NCBI RefSeq assembly: GCF_024700885.2
Contig: NZ_CP117016.1
DNA from: Escherichia coli
GTDB lineage: Bacteria > Pseudomonadota > Gammaproteobacteria > Enterobacterales > Enterobacteriaceae
Direction: 5' to 3' (one strand)
DNA length: 64,000 nt
This document shows, one piece after another, positions 10,555 to 19,517 of the stretch (the stretch's first letter is position 1; the number at the start of each line of letters is the position of its first letter). The notes beneath the pieces were generated by a model. It ran no database searches. It saw only the letters and a list, made by a program, of their open reading frames with translations, and was not told the DNA's origin. The position numbers and the translations under genes were made by a program.

Positions 10555-10618
10555 TATTTAGTGCGAATGCCTCTACCAAAATTATCATTACTGTTTTATT
10601 CAGAGAATACATCAAACC

Positions 10619-11233
10619 TTAATTTAAATTCTGATGTTCTGAGTGTACAGGATATGCATCCAAAGAGCGGATAGTAGTTTCATGGATATAATCCAGCAAA
10701 GCGTATCGTTTTCGGTACTCAGAGCGTTTTTTACTGGCTATATCGCTTAGCGGCTTTCGAATCACCTGGGTTGGTAATCTGTACCAGTCACCACAGGTTT
10801 TTCCTGCTACAGACTCCCAGAAATCACTATAGACCGCAACAAAGGTTTTGCGTTTCTGATACCAGTATCTCAATTGCCGGAAAACATGACTGTGCTCACT
10901 GACTGCCAGACACTCAGAGATATTGCAAGCTTTCATCAACGCACAAAATGCTTCAAAAATAATCCGTTTTGGGAAAATCCCATAACAGGCCCGGGTTGCG
11001 CACCGAATAACATCAGGTCCGGTATTTTTAGGGGCTCCCTGTAATCCGCCAATAAAAGCAATGTGTCCATTTTGAGTCAGAATGACTGAAAATGTTAACC
11101 GGGCAATAACTGTTTTATTGTAAAACAATGACAACATCAACTCTCCTTCCCGGTCAAAACCACTGGGAGAACACTGGATATCAAAATTCTCTCCATCTTT
11201 CCCGATGAATTGGACTAATGATACCGATTTTTG
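10619..11233 (-). pseudogene. virK: virK-like (DUF535) gene, C-terminal part only, cut by IS1
   Basis: Open frame runs from the IS1 boundary (...FIGKDGENFDIQCSP...) to the stop at 10619; N-terminal half absent. Confidence 0.55.
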
Positions 11234-11288
11234 GGTAATGCTGCCAACTTACTGATTTAGTGTATGATGGTGATTTTAAGGTGCTTGC

Positions 11289-11564
11289 GTGGCTTCCATT
11301 TCCATCAGATGTCCTTCCTGCTCCGCTACTGAAGGCGTGGTGCGTAACGGCAAAAGCACTGCCGGACATCAGCGCTATCTCTGCTCTCATTGCCGTAAAA
11401 CATGGCAACTACAGTTCACTTACACCGCCTCTCAGCCCGGTACGCACCAGAAAATCATTGATATGGCCATGAATGGCGTCGGATGTCGCGCCAGTGCACG
11501 CATTATGGGCGTTGGCCTCAACACGGTTTTACGTCACTTAAAAAACTCAGGTCGCAGTCGGTAA
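11289..11564 (+). CDS. insA: IS1 InsA
   Basis: [40 protein letters not shown]... Confidence 0.9.
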   Translation: MASISIRCPSCSATEGVVRNGKSTAGHQRYLCSHCRKTWQLQFTYTASQPGTHQKIIDMAMNGVGCRASARIMGVGLNTVLRHLKNSGRSR

Positions 11565-11986
11565 CCTCGCGCATACAACCGGGCAGTGATGTGATTGTCT
11601 GCGCTGAAATGGACGAACAGTGGGGCTACGTCGGTGCTAAATCACGTCAGCGCTGGCTGTTTTACGCGTATGACAGGATACGGAGGACGGTTGTGGCGCA
11701 CGTCTTCGGTGAACGCACTCTGGCCACACTGGAGCGTCTTCTGAGCCTGCTGTCGGCCTTTGAGGTCGTGGTATAGATGACGGATGGCTGGCCGCTGTAT
11801 GAATCACGCCTGAAGGGAAAGCTGCACGTTATCAGCAAGCGTTACACTCAGCGCATTGAGCGACATAATCTGAATCTGAGACAACATCTGGCAAGGCTGG
11901 GACGGAAGTCACTGTCGTTCTCAAAATCGGTGGAGCTGCATGACAAGGTCATCGGGCATTATCTGAACATAAAACACTATCAGTAA
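11483..11986 (+). pseudogene. insB: IS1 InsB frame with premature stop (TAG at 11774-11776)
   Basis: Copy 2 reads ...VVIWMTDGW (TGG); copy 1 reads ...VVV(stop)MTDGW (TAG). Confidence 0.85.
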
Positions 11987-12071
11987 GTTGGAGTCATTAC
12001 CTCCTCCCGAACTCAAAGCTATCATACAGATAATTACTGGTTAACCCTATATAGGGCATTTTAAAGTGTTG

Positions 12072-12408
12072 TGATCTTACCCAGCAATAGTGGACACGCG
12101 GCTAAGTGAGTAAACTCTCAGTCAGAGGTGACTCACAAGACAAAACAGTTTCAACCAGTAAAAAAACGTAAACACCATTCGCATGAATTTCGTAGTTAAG
12201 ATCTGAAGCTTGCAGAATGCATCGGTGTTACTGCCGGAGTCCGTGAACTTAGTCTGCATGAATCACCACAGCTTTACATCTGTCGCAGTAAACAGCAAAA
12301 TCAGCAAACTTACTTAATTATATCGAGTGCGATTACAATCGCTGGCGATGGTACAGTTGGTGTGGCGGTCTCAGTCCGGAACAATTTGAAAATCAGAATC
12401 TCACTTAA
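12072..12408 (+). mobile_element. IS3 remnant with large internal deletion (left end and orfA 5' joined to orfB 3' end; right IR missing)
   Basis: TGATCTTACCCAGCAATAGTGGACACGCGGCTAAGTGAGTAAACTCTCAGTCAGAGGTGACTCACA then ...[33 protein letters not shown] tail. Confidence 0.7.
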
Positions 12409-12746
12409 AACGGCATCCATTTTACAAAAGATGGCCGTCTGTGTATTTATAATGAATACCTTCTACATGTTTAGAGTGCATAATCCACGACAAGGCGATA
12501 TCCTAAAAATTAGCTAGCAGGCAACTTTGATGGCATAGATAATGTTTTTAGTAAAAAAGAGTTGACTTAATATAATACAGCCTCTTCCTACATAAGAAGG
12601 AATGTGCTCACAAAAAAAAACATTAGTCTGCTTCCTGTTCTTACAATAATCAGTATTATGTATTTTATTTATATAGCAAAATATGCTTGTTACACCTGTC
12701 ATAATTAGGCATGGTAAAATTATTGACTGAACCCTGGGGGAGAAAG

Positions 12747-13004
12747 ATGCACAGTGATTATTATAATATGGTTTTTGGTGAAAAATTGGCCAATATTTTA
12801 TATGAAGCTAACTCTCAATTTTTTTACGAGAGAAATGTCATAGAAGAGGCAGTCAACGCTTTATTCTGTGAGCGTGAAATAATAAACAACAAGAACATAA
12901 TAAAGAAGCTGATGTTCTTTTTGTCAGATGTTAATCACACCAAGAAAGATGTTGTTCAGAGCGCACTTAATATTATCATTGACATTACATCAGGTGATAT
13001 TTGA
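12747..13004 (+). CDS. Hypothetical protein (85 aa), AT-rich
   Basis: ORF with GGGGGAG RBS; no recognisable family. Confidence 0.3.
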   Translation: MHSDYYNMVFGEKLANILYEANSQFFYERNVIEEAVNALFCEREIINNKNIIKKLMFFLSDVNHTKKDVVQSALNIIIDITSGDI

Positions 13005-13264
13005 GATTTTACATAAAAGATAATCTCTCAAGGAGTCTTATCTGAAAACGAAATATATAGTCCCTCTCGTTTTGTAATATCGATTGGCTTTGTTGAATCG
13101 GTTACGTACCCCGGAGCCGGTCATATTTTCAGGTAATACACACGCTTTCAGACATTTCGGCTTTCGTCATTTTGGTATCATGGGCATAGCTTCTGCTACC
13201 TGACCATCATAATCACGCAGCTTCAGTGAAGCAGTGACCACCTGTTTAACCCGGTGTATCGTTA

Positions 13265-13465
13265 TGATCTTATCCAGCAATAATGGACACGCGGCTAAGT
13301 GAACCGCCCCGGGTTTCCTGGAGAGTGTTTTATCTGTGAACTCAGGCTGCCAGATCATCGTTTCCGATGGAAGCATAATAAGCTTTTTCTGCTTCTGCCG
13401 GTGGGATATGGCCCTGCCTTTCCAGCAATCGTCGATTGTTATACCAGTCCACCCACGTGAGTGTG
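13265..13465 (-). mobile_element. IS3-family right-end remnant (transposase C-terminus plus terminal IR)
   Basis: Minus strand encodes ...QYDELTTLTWVDWYNNRRLLERQGHIPPAEAEKAYYA then IR ending ...TGTCCATTATTGCTGGATAAGATCA. Confidence 0.65.
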
Positions 13466-13754
13466 GTCAGCTCATCATACTGACACGTGCATTACCCCTA
13501 CCGCGATAATGCAACCGTACAATATAGGGCGTTTCCTAAACGCAGCCCTCATCACTCCAATCCAACAAGACACAGCATTTTTGATCACGAAGAAAGACAA
13601 ATAATTTCCGTAAATGTTTCCGTTGTTACAAATAACAACAGTGTTTTACATTTCTTTGGCCTCAGGCCCGCGCATGTTGCCATTCGATGTCATTTTCCTG
13701 ACTCGTTTCTTCTTTATGGTGTAGTGTGATCTTCACTTTATGGATGCTAACAAT

Positions 13755-15113
13755 ATGAAAAGAAAAATTATTCCCGTGCTAATCGGTTGTACGCTCTCTT
13801 TCTCTGCCCTGGCGGCACAACCTACGGCTGAGCGCTATGTCGTCAGTTTTCCAGAAGGCACGCACGTGAACTACGCCGGCGCATTTGCCAGTGCATTCCC
13901 GAACGGCCTTCCGGTTGGGATAGGTTCTGGCCTGCTGTTCACCGGTAAACAGGGCGATGCCCTGACATTCGCAACCATTACCGATCGCGGTCCGAACGCG
14001 GATTCACCGAAAGAGGGGAAAAACGAAACTAAAATTTTCGTTACGCCAGATTTCGCGCCGCTGCTGATGACGATTCGTGTACAAAACGGCAAAGCGGAGG
14101 CCATCGATCCCCGTCCTCTGCATGACGATAAAGGCGCGATCAACGGTCTGCCGCTGGCAAGCGACGTGATTGGCTCCACCAATGAAGTGGCCTTCAGCGA
14201 CACGTTACATAGACTGAAGGGGGATAATCGCGGGCTGGATACGGAAGGGATCACTCCGGATGGTAAAGGAGGTTACTGGCTGTGCGATGAGTATGGCCCG
14301 TTCCTGATTAACATCGACAGTAAAGGGAAAATCCTGGCAATCCACGGTCCGCAGGCGGCGGAAGAGGAAAAAGCGATTGCGGGCGGTTTGCCAAATATCC
14401 TCAAATGGCGTCAGGCGAACCGCGGCTTTGAAGGCCTCACCCGTATGCCGGACGGGCGTATTATTGTCGCCGTGCAAAGTACGCTGGATATCGACGCTAA
14501 GAGCAAGAAAAAGGCGCTGTTTACGCGTCTGGTGAGCTTCGATCCGGCAAGCGGAAAAACCGCGATGTACGGTTATCCCATCGACAGCGCGGCCTACAGC
14601 AAAAACAGCGACGCTAAAATCGGAGACATCGTGGCGCTCGATAACCAGCACATCCTGCTGATCGAACAGGGAAGAGATAAAAACAACAGAATGCGTAACC
14701 TGATTTACGAGGTCGATCTCAATAAGGCGAGCGACCTGTCAGGCTTCGACAAGCCGGGTGAGTATCCGGAGTTTGATGATGAGAAAACCCTGTCACAGCG
14801 CGGCATTACCCTTGCGCAGAAAACGCAGGTTGTTGATCTGCGCTCCTTGGGCTGGCAGCAGGAGAAGGCTGAAGGGTTGGCGCTGATCGACAGCAAAACG
14901 CTGGCGGTGGCGAACGATAACGACTTTGGCGTGAAGGTGGCGATGCAACATCCGGTCGAGGGCAAGACATTCAAGGATTATCGGGTGAACGCGGAAGGAA
15001 AGCTGACGCTTGACGACAAGCAGGTTGAAACGACCCTCAGAGTGAAGCCACTGGAGAAACCGGAGTCTGACAGTGAACTGTGGATTGTGACGCTGCCGGA
15101 AGCGTTGAAATAA
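13755..15113 (+). CDS. Secreted phytase-like / esterase-like beta-propeller protein (452 aa)
   Basis: Signal peptide (MKRKIIPVLIGCTLSFSALAAQP); repeated D-x-G/beta-strand blocks; family assignment from memory. Confidence 0.5.
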   Translation: MKRKIIPVLIGCTLSFSALAAQPTAERYVVSFPEGTHVNYAGAFASAFPNGLPVGIGSGLLFTGKQGDALTFATITDRGPNADSPKEGKNETKIFVTPDFAPLLMTIRVQNGKAEAIDPRPLHDDKGAINGLPLASDVIGSTNEVAFSDTLHRLKGDNRGLDTEGITPDGKGGYWLCDEYGPFLINIDSKGKILAIHGPQAAEEEKAIAGGLPNILKWRQANRGFEGLTRMPDGRIIVAVQSTLDIDAKSKKKALFTRLVSFDPASGKTAMYGYPIDSAAYSKNSDAKIGDIVALDNQHILLIEQGRDKNNRMRNLIYEVDLNKASDLSGFDKPGEYPEFDDEKTLSQRGITLAQKTQVVDLRSLGWQQEKAEGLALIDSKTLAVANDNDFGVKVAMQHPVEGKTFKDYRVNAEGKLTLDDKQVETTLRVKPLEKPESDSELWIVTLPEALK

Positions 15114-15351
15114 GTTTATAAGGTACGGACAGCAGTATCGCTTAGTTTTTCAAATTCATGTATGTGAACAATATTGGGGTTCCGGCGTAGACCCCCAATG
15201 AAAGCGTCACCACGTGAAAACATGCCTGCACGGTTTACACGTCATCCCATGGTGGCAGCCGGTTAACTTTCCTGCGCCACCAGTGGAAAAAGGCCATAAG
15301 CAGTCCGAACAAAAGTAAGCGTACAGCGAGGGCCGTATTGACGGGGATGTG

Positions 15352-16736
15352 TTATTCAGCTGGCAGTGCTATGCGCCACGGAAGCAGTTCGCTGACCCGG
15401 TTGACCGGCCAGTCTGCTATGACGCCAGGCACATGGCGAAGGTAGCTTTCTGGATCCACGTCATTCAGTTTGCACGTCCCGATCAGGCTGTACAGTAGCG
15501 CTCCCCGCTCACCACCATGGCCAGAGCCGAAGAACAGGGTCTTCATCTTTTCACGCAACCAGCTTTCCAGGGATTTCAACAGCGGTTTCGTTTTTCGCTG
15601 ACGTTCAGCAAGCCGCTGCTCTGCCGGCATTCCCCTTATATCCGCCTCTATGGCGTACAACTGACCGATCTGCTCCAGGGCTTCTTCCGTCAGTGCTGAC
15701 GGGATGCGGACGTGCACATCGTGGATCTTTCGGCGGGCATGAGCCCAGCAGGCAGCTTCCGTTATCCCACCATTGCGATACAGCTCGTTGAACCCGGCGT
15801 ACGCATCCGCTTGCAGCACACCGCTGAAGCAAGCAAGATGAGTCTGCGGATGGATGCCTTTTCTGTCCGGGCTGTAAGCGAACCTCACTGCAGGTGCCAA
15901 CGCTGACCCGGCATTGCGGTCATCACGAACATACGCCCACAACCGCCCGGTCTTCGTCTTCTTATTACCCGGCAGCAGTACCTGGACCGGGGTATCATCG
16001 GCATGGAGTTTGCCGTCAGTCATGACATAGCCATGAAGCGCCTCTTCCAGCGGAGACAGCAGCCGGCAGCATGCATCCACCCAGCCCGACAGCAGTGAAC
16101 GGCTCAGCTCCACACCTTGCCGGCCGTATATTTCTGACTGGCAATACAGCGGGGTGTGCTCTGCATACTTCGAGGTCAGCACGCGGGCCAGCAGCCCCGG
16201 TCCGGCGATACCCCGCTCGATGGGCCGCGAAGGTGCAGGTGCCTGCACGATGGCATCGCACTGAGTACAGGCATGTTTTTCCCGTACCGTCCGGATAACC
16301 CGGAAGGCGCTACGCATCAACTCCAGCTGTTCGGCGGTATCCTCGCCCAGATAGCTCAGTGAACCGCCGCAGTTCGGGCAGCACGGCGCCGCAGGCAACA
16401 GTCGCTTTTCGTCACGGGGTAGTGATTCAGGGAACGGCTTACGGGTGCGGGTCTGACGCAACGGACGCTGTACTGCCGGGTCATACACCCTACCAGTCAG
16501 CGTATCGCTCTCTTTCTGAAGCCGGTTCAGATCGGCTTCCATTTGTGCGATACGGCGGGAGACTTTTTCGGAACGACTGCCGAAGTTCATCCGGCGGAGT
16601 TTATCCAGCTGCGCCTGCAGATGTCTATTTCGCGCTCCCGGTTGCTCAGCTTTTCCTGCAGGGCGTGGATCAGCGCTTCCTGTTCGGCCAGGCGCTGTTT
16701 CAGCAGGAAGATGTCGTCAGAAGAGATTTCGTTCAT
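15352..16736 (-). pseudogene. IS66 TnpC transposase with frameshift near the N-terminus
   Basis: MNEISSDDIFLLKQRLAEQEALIHALQEKLSNRERE... continues in another frame as ...QLDKLRRMNFGSRSEK...; shift lies around 16600-16630. Confidence 0.75.
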
Positions 16737-16785
16737 AAGCCCGTATTTTACCGGGCTTATTCTGTGACAACCAGGATAAAGAGAT

Positions 16786-17133
16786 TTACAGCATGGTCAG
16801 GGAGGTCAGCAGCCGCTTGGGCTGTCGCCAGTCGATACCTTCCAGCAGCATCGCCAGCTGCGCCTGCGTAAGGAACACTTTGCCATCACGGGCTGACGGC
16901 CAGGCGAAGCGCCCACGCTCCAGCCGTTTGGTCAGGAGGCACAGTCCGTCACCGGTGGACCACAGCAGTTTAACCTGACTGCCGCTGCGGCCCCGGAAAA
17001 TGAAAACATGGCCGGACATGGGATCGTCTTTCAGCGCCGTCTGTACTTTCGCAGCCAGGCCGTTGAAGCCATTTCTCATATCGGTGATACCGGCAACCAG
17101 CCAAATTTTGGTCCCGGAAGGTAACGGGATCAT
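16786..17133 (-). CDS. IS66 Orf2 (TnpB)
   Basis: MIPLPSGTKIWLVAGITDMRNGFNGLAAKVQ... Confidence 0.85.
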   Translation of the reverse strand: MIPLPSGTKIWLVAGITDMRNGFNGLAAKVQTALKDDPMSGHVFIFRGRSGSQVKLLWSTGDGLCLLTKRLERGRFAWPSARDGKVFLTQAQLAMLLEGIDWRQPKRLLTSLTML

Positions 17134-17468
17134 CGCTTCAGTTCCTGTATCAGCAGAGTCAGGAGCTTTTCGCTGACATTGCCATTGAAGCGGAGCGTCC
17201 CGTGCCGGAACGTTACCTCACAGCTGATACTGAGGGTTTCCGGGTCCTCTGCGAGCGATTCTGGCTGTTCGGCAGCTGCATCGGGAGTCACAGGAAGTAG
17301 CTGGGGGCTCTCTGAAGAAGGTAATAGCAGCTTTCCCTCGCGCCATTGTTGTCGCCATTTGAACAACAGATTGGCGTTAATGCCATTTTCAAGAGCAAGT
17401 TTTGAGATGGATATCCCGGGTTCACAGGAGGCAGCAACGAGCTGCTGTTTAAATTCGGGAGGATAATT
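17130..17468 (-). pseudogene. IS66 Orf1 (TnpA) without a canonical in-frame ATG start
   Basis: Frame encodes ...PEFKQQLVAASCEPGISISKLALENGINANLLFKWRQQWREGKL but is preceded by TGA with no ATG. Confidence 0.6.
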
Positions 17469-17602
17469 AGGGCAGCCTTTTCACCTGCCGGGAGTCACAT
17501 TTTTCTGCATATCTGACACTTTGGTTCCCACTACTTATTTGGTGGACACCACTTTGTCTAATTCGTCAGATTCTGACCAGACGGTTCAGGCTGTACGCTT
17601 AC

Positions 17603-17708
17603 CACTATTTTATCCCTGTTGAATTTGGTTAAGCCGGTGCAGACGCGCCGGGAAACGCACACCTGAACCGGCACAATAAAATACAATACAACCCCCTGTT
17701 ACTGGAGA
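17603..17708. repeat. Second copy of the 106-bp sequence at 3432-3537, abutting the IS66 terminus
   Basis: Exact match. Confidence 0.85.
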
Positions 17709-17864
17709 TACGAATGGAATGACGAGGCAGCCTGTCAGTCACAGGGGGCTGTTGGCATAAAATCAACGGAAAGGCCACCAACACCGGAATTAAGCTCCAC
17801 AGTCCCCGCACTGGCAATCCATTCCCGGGAAAGGCATCACCGCAAACTGCTCCGGAGGCAACCA

Positions 17865-18299
17865 TTACAGCCTCTGTAACGGATTATCAGCCCTGGCATC
17901 TTCCGACGGCACCTCCTGCCGCCCCCACGCCCTGCTGTATACCCCGGTACCGCAGCGTGGGCAGCACTTTTCCCCCTCATAATCTTCGTCACACATCACA
18001 CAAAACCACTTTCTCACCTTCACCGTATAATCCGGAACCGTCATGCCCTGCAGATGCAAACGACGGGCCTCTTTCTCCGCCGGGTCAAGCCAGGTACATC
18101 GCAGCAGGATTTTTTCAGCGACAGTCATCTGGTCATGTTCAAACCACGGTGGTTGTCCGTCATTGCCCCGCTGAAGTGTTAACGGGCATCCACAGGACAC
18201 ACAGCACAAAACGTCCTGTCGGTTGTGCTTCGCAGCTTCTTTCGCCGTAACAAAATGGCCTTTGCTGTCATTCGCCATATAACAGTTCAGAATTCGCAT
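17865..18299 (-). CDS. Cys-rich zinc-ribbon protein (144 aa), paralog of the next gene
   Basis: CxxC...PWFEH...WxCxxC...YxGExxCxxCxTG pattern shared with 18287-18694; AGGAGG RBS. Confidence 0.55.
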   Translation of the reverse strand: MRILNCYMANDSKGHFVTAKEAAKHNRQDVLCCVSCGCPLTLQRGNDGQPPWFEHDQMTVAEKILLRCTWLDPAEKEARRLHLQGMTVPDYTVKVRKWFCVMCDEDYEGEKCCPRCGTGVYSRAWGRQEVPSEDARADNPLQRL

Positions 18300-18694
18300 A
18301 TTTCCTCCTGAGTTGTCCGGGGAATACTGAATCCTCCGGTCTGGCAGTGTGTGCAGTACTGCTCCCCATAATAATCGTGGTGACATTGTCTGCAGTGCCA
18401 GCTGGCTTTACGCACCACGGGTAAGGCATCCGATACGAATTGCTGCAGACGTTTAATCAACTGTATTTCTCTGCGCTCCGGCCTGACATAAGGGCACTGT
18501 TGACCGTGCTCTGTCAGCCTGTCGTCAGTGTGTTCAAACCAGGGAAGTTCAGTGTCGTATTGCGGATGGTATCTGAGTGCACTGCCACACAAGTGGCAGG
18601 TGTAGTTAGCATAAGGTGCGTCCTGTGCAGTACGGGCGCCCGTCAGACGTCCGTTGCCATCAAGAGCGATAAAGGATTTTGCGTACATAGTCAT
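18287..18694 (-). CDS. Cys-rich zinc-ribbon protein (135 aa), paralog
   Basis: Same Cys/PWFEH pattern; overlaps the downstream paralog start by 13 bp. Confidence 0.55.
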   Translation of the reverse strand: MTMYAKSFIALDGNGRLTGARTAQDAPYANYTCHLCGSALRYHPQYDTELPWFEHTDDRLTEHGQQCPYVRPERREIQLIKRLQQFVSDALPVVRKASWHCRQCHHDYYGEQYCTHCQTGGFSIPRTTQEEICEF

Positions 18695-18947
18695 ATTCCT
18701 TAGCCGCCAGACGACACGCAGGCAACAGCCGTCCCGGTACGGGCAGCGTGGTCAGGGTGTGAATGGCGGTTCAGTTAAAATCTGGACTGGAGTTTGGGTA
18801 AAGCAGGCTGGTTGCTGTTACAGCACTGTGGTTGTCACACAATGGAACACTGACGTAAAAAACAGTCAGTGGGCGAGTGGATACATCGTTGCCGCCAGAC
18901 AACAACCCATACTTTTGGTTTGCCGGATATTGGCGCGCCAGTCGTGC

Positions 18948-19517
18948 TCAACTCCGGCTACAGCCAAAATTGCGCTCACCGGTGCAGTGAGCTTTGGTAT
19001 GCTCTTTCGCCAGATAGTCAGCACGTTCCAGCACTTGCTGAAAGCCGGTGTCATCATTACGCGCCAGCCACACCGCCGGCCAGGCCGGAAAATGCACCAG
19101 CGTGGCATGGCACCCGACATCCACTCCCAGGGCACTGCACCACGCCTGTTTAATCATCCCGGCCAGAGACTCCGGAGCGCGGTAATCACCGGCACGACAC
19201 CAGGTATCCCGGTTGACCAGCAGCATCAGGTGATAGTGTTTTTTACCTTTGAACTCCCCAAACTCCCGGGCCCAGACGTAATGCAGGGGGGTGGGATGCA
19301 CGCGTTTACCTTTCCGATGCTTACGTTTCTGGTAAGCGTCGATTCGGGCTTTCAGGGCATTGATGAAGCGGGATATCACAGCTGCGTCCGTTGCTGCCGG
19401 TACATCCGGGAGACGCAGGTCAACCCGCAATGCCGTCAGGCGGGGATGAACATTCAGTGCGTGCCGCACCGTCTCACGAATACGTTGCTGCCAGAAGGGG
19501 TTGTATTTGTAGGTCAT
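18948..19517 (-). CDS. Inovirus Gp2-like / YagK-YfjJ family protein
   Basis: LTALRVDLRLPD...HYHLMLLVNRD... resembles CP4-type prophage YagK/YfjJ; GGAGA RBS before MTYKYNPF. Confidence 0.6.
   Translation of the reverse strand: MTYKYNPFWQQRIRETVRHALNVHPRLTALRVDLRLPDVPAATDAAVISRFINALKARIDAYQKRKHRKGKRVHPTPLHYVWAREFGEFKGKKHYHLMLLVNRDTWCRAGDYRAPESLAGMIKQAWCSALGVDVGCHATLVHFPAWPAVWLARNDDTGFQQVLERADYLAKEHTKAHCTGERNFGCSRS

Larger units (their letters stand above)
11234..12001 (+). mobile_element. IS1, 768 bp, copy 1
   Basis: Canonical IS1 termini GGTAATGCTGCCAACTTACTGAT ... AAGTTGGAGTCATTACC. Confidence 0.95.
15315..17602 (-). mobile_element. IS66-family element, about 2.29 kb, decayed
   Basis: 13-bp terminal IR GTAAGCGTACAGC at both ends; tnpA-tnpB-tnpC order on minus strand. 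Confidence 0.8.
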
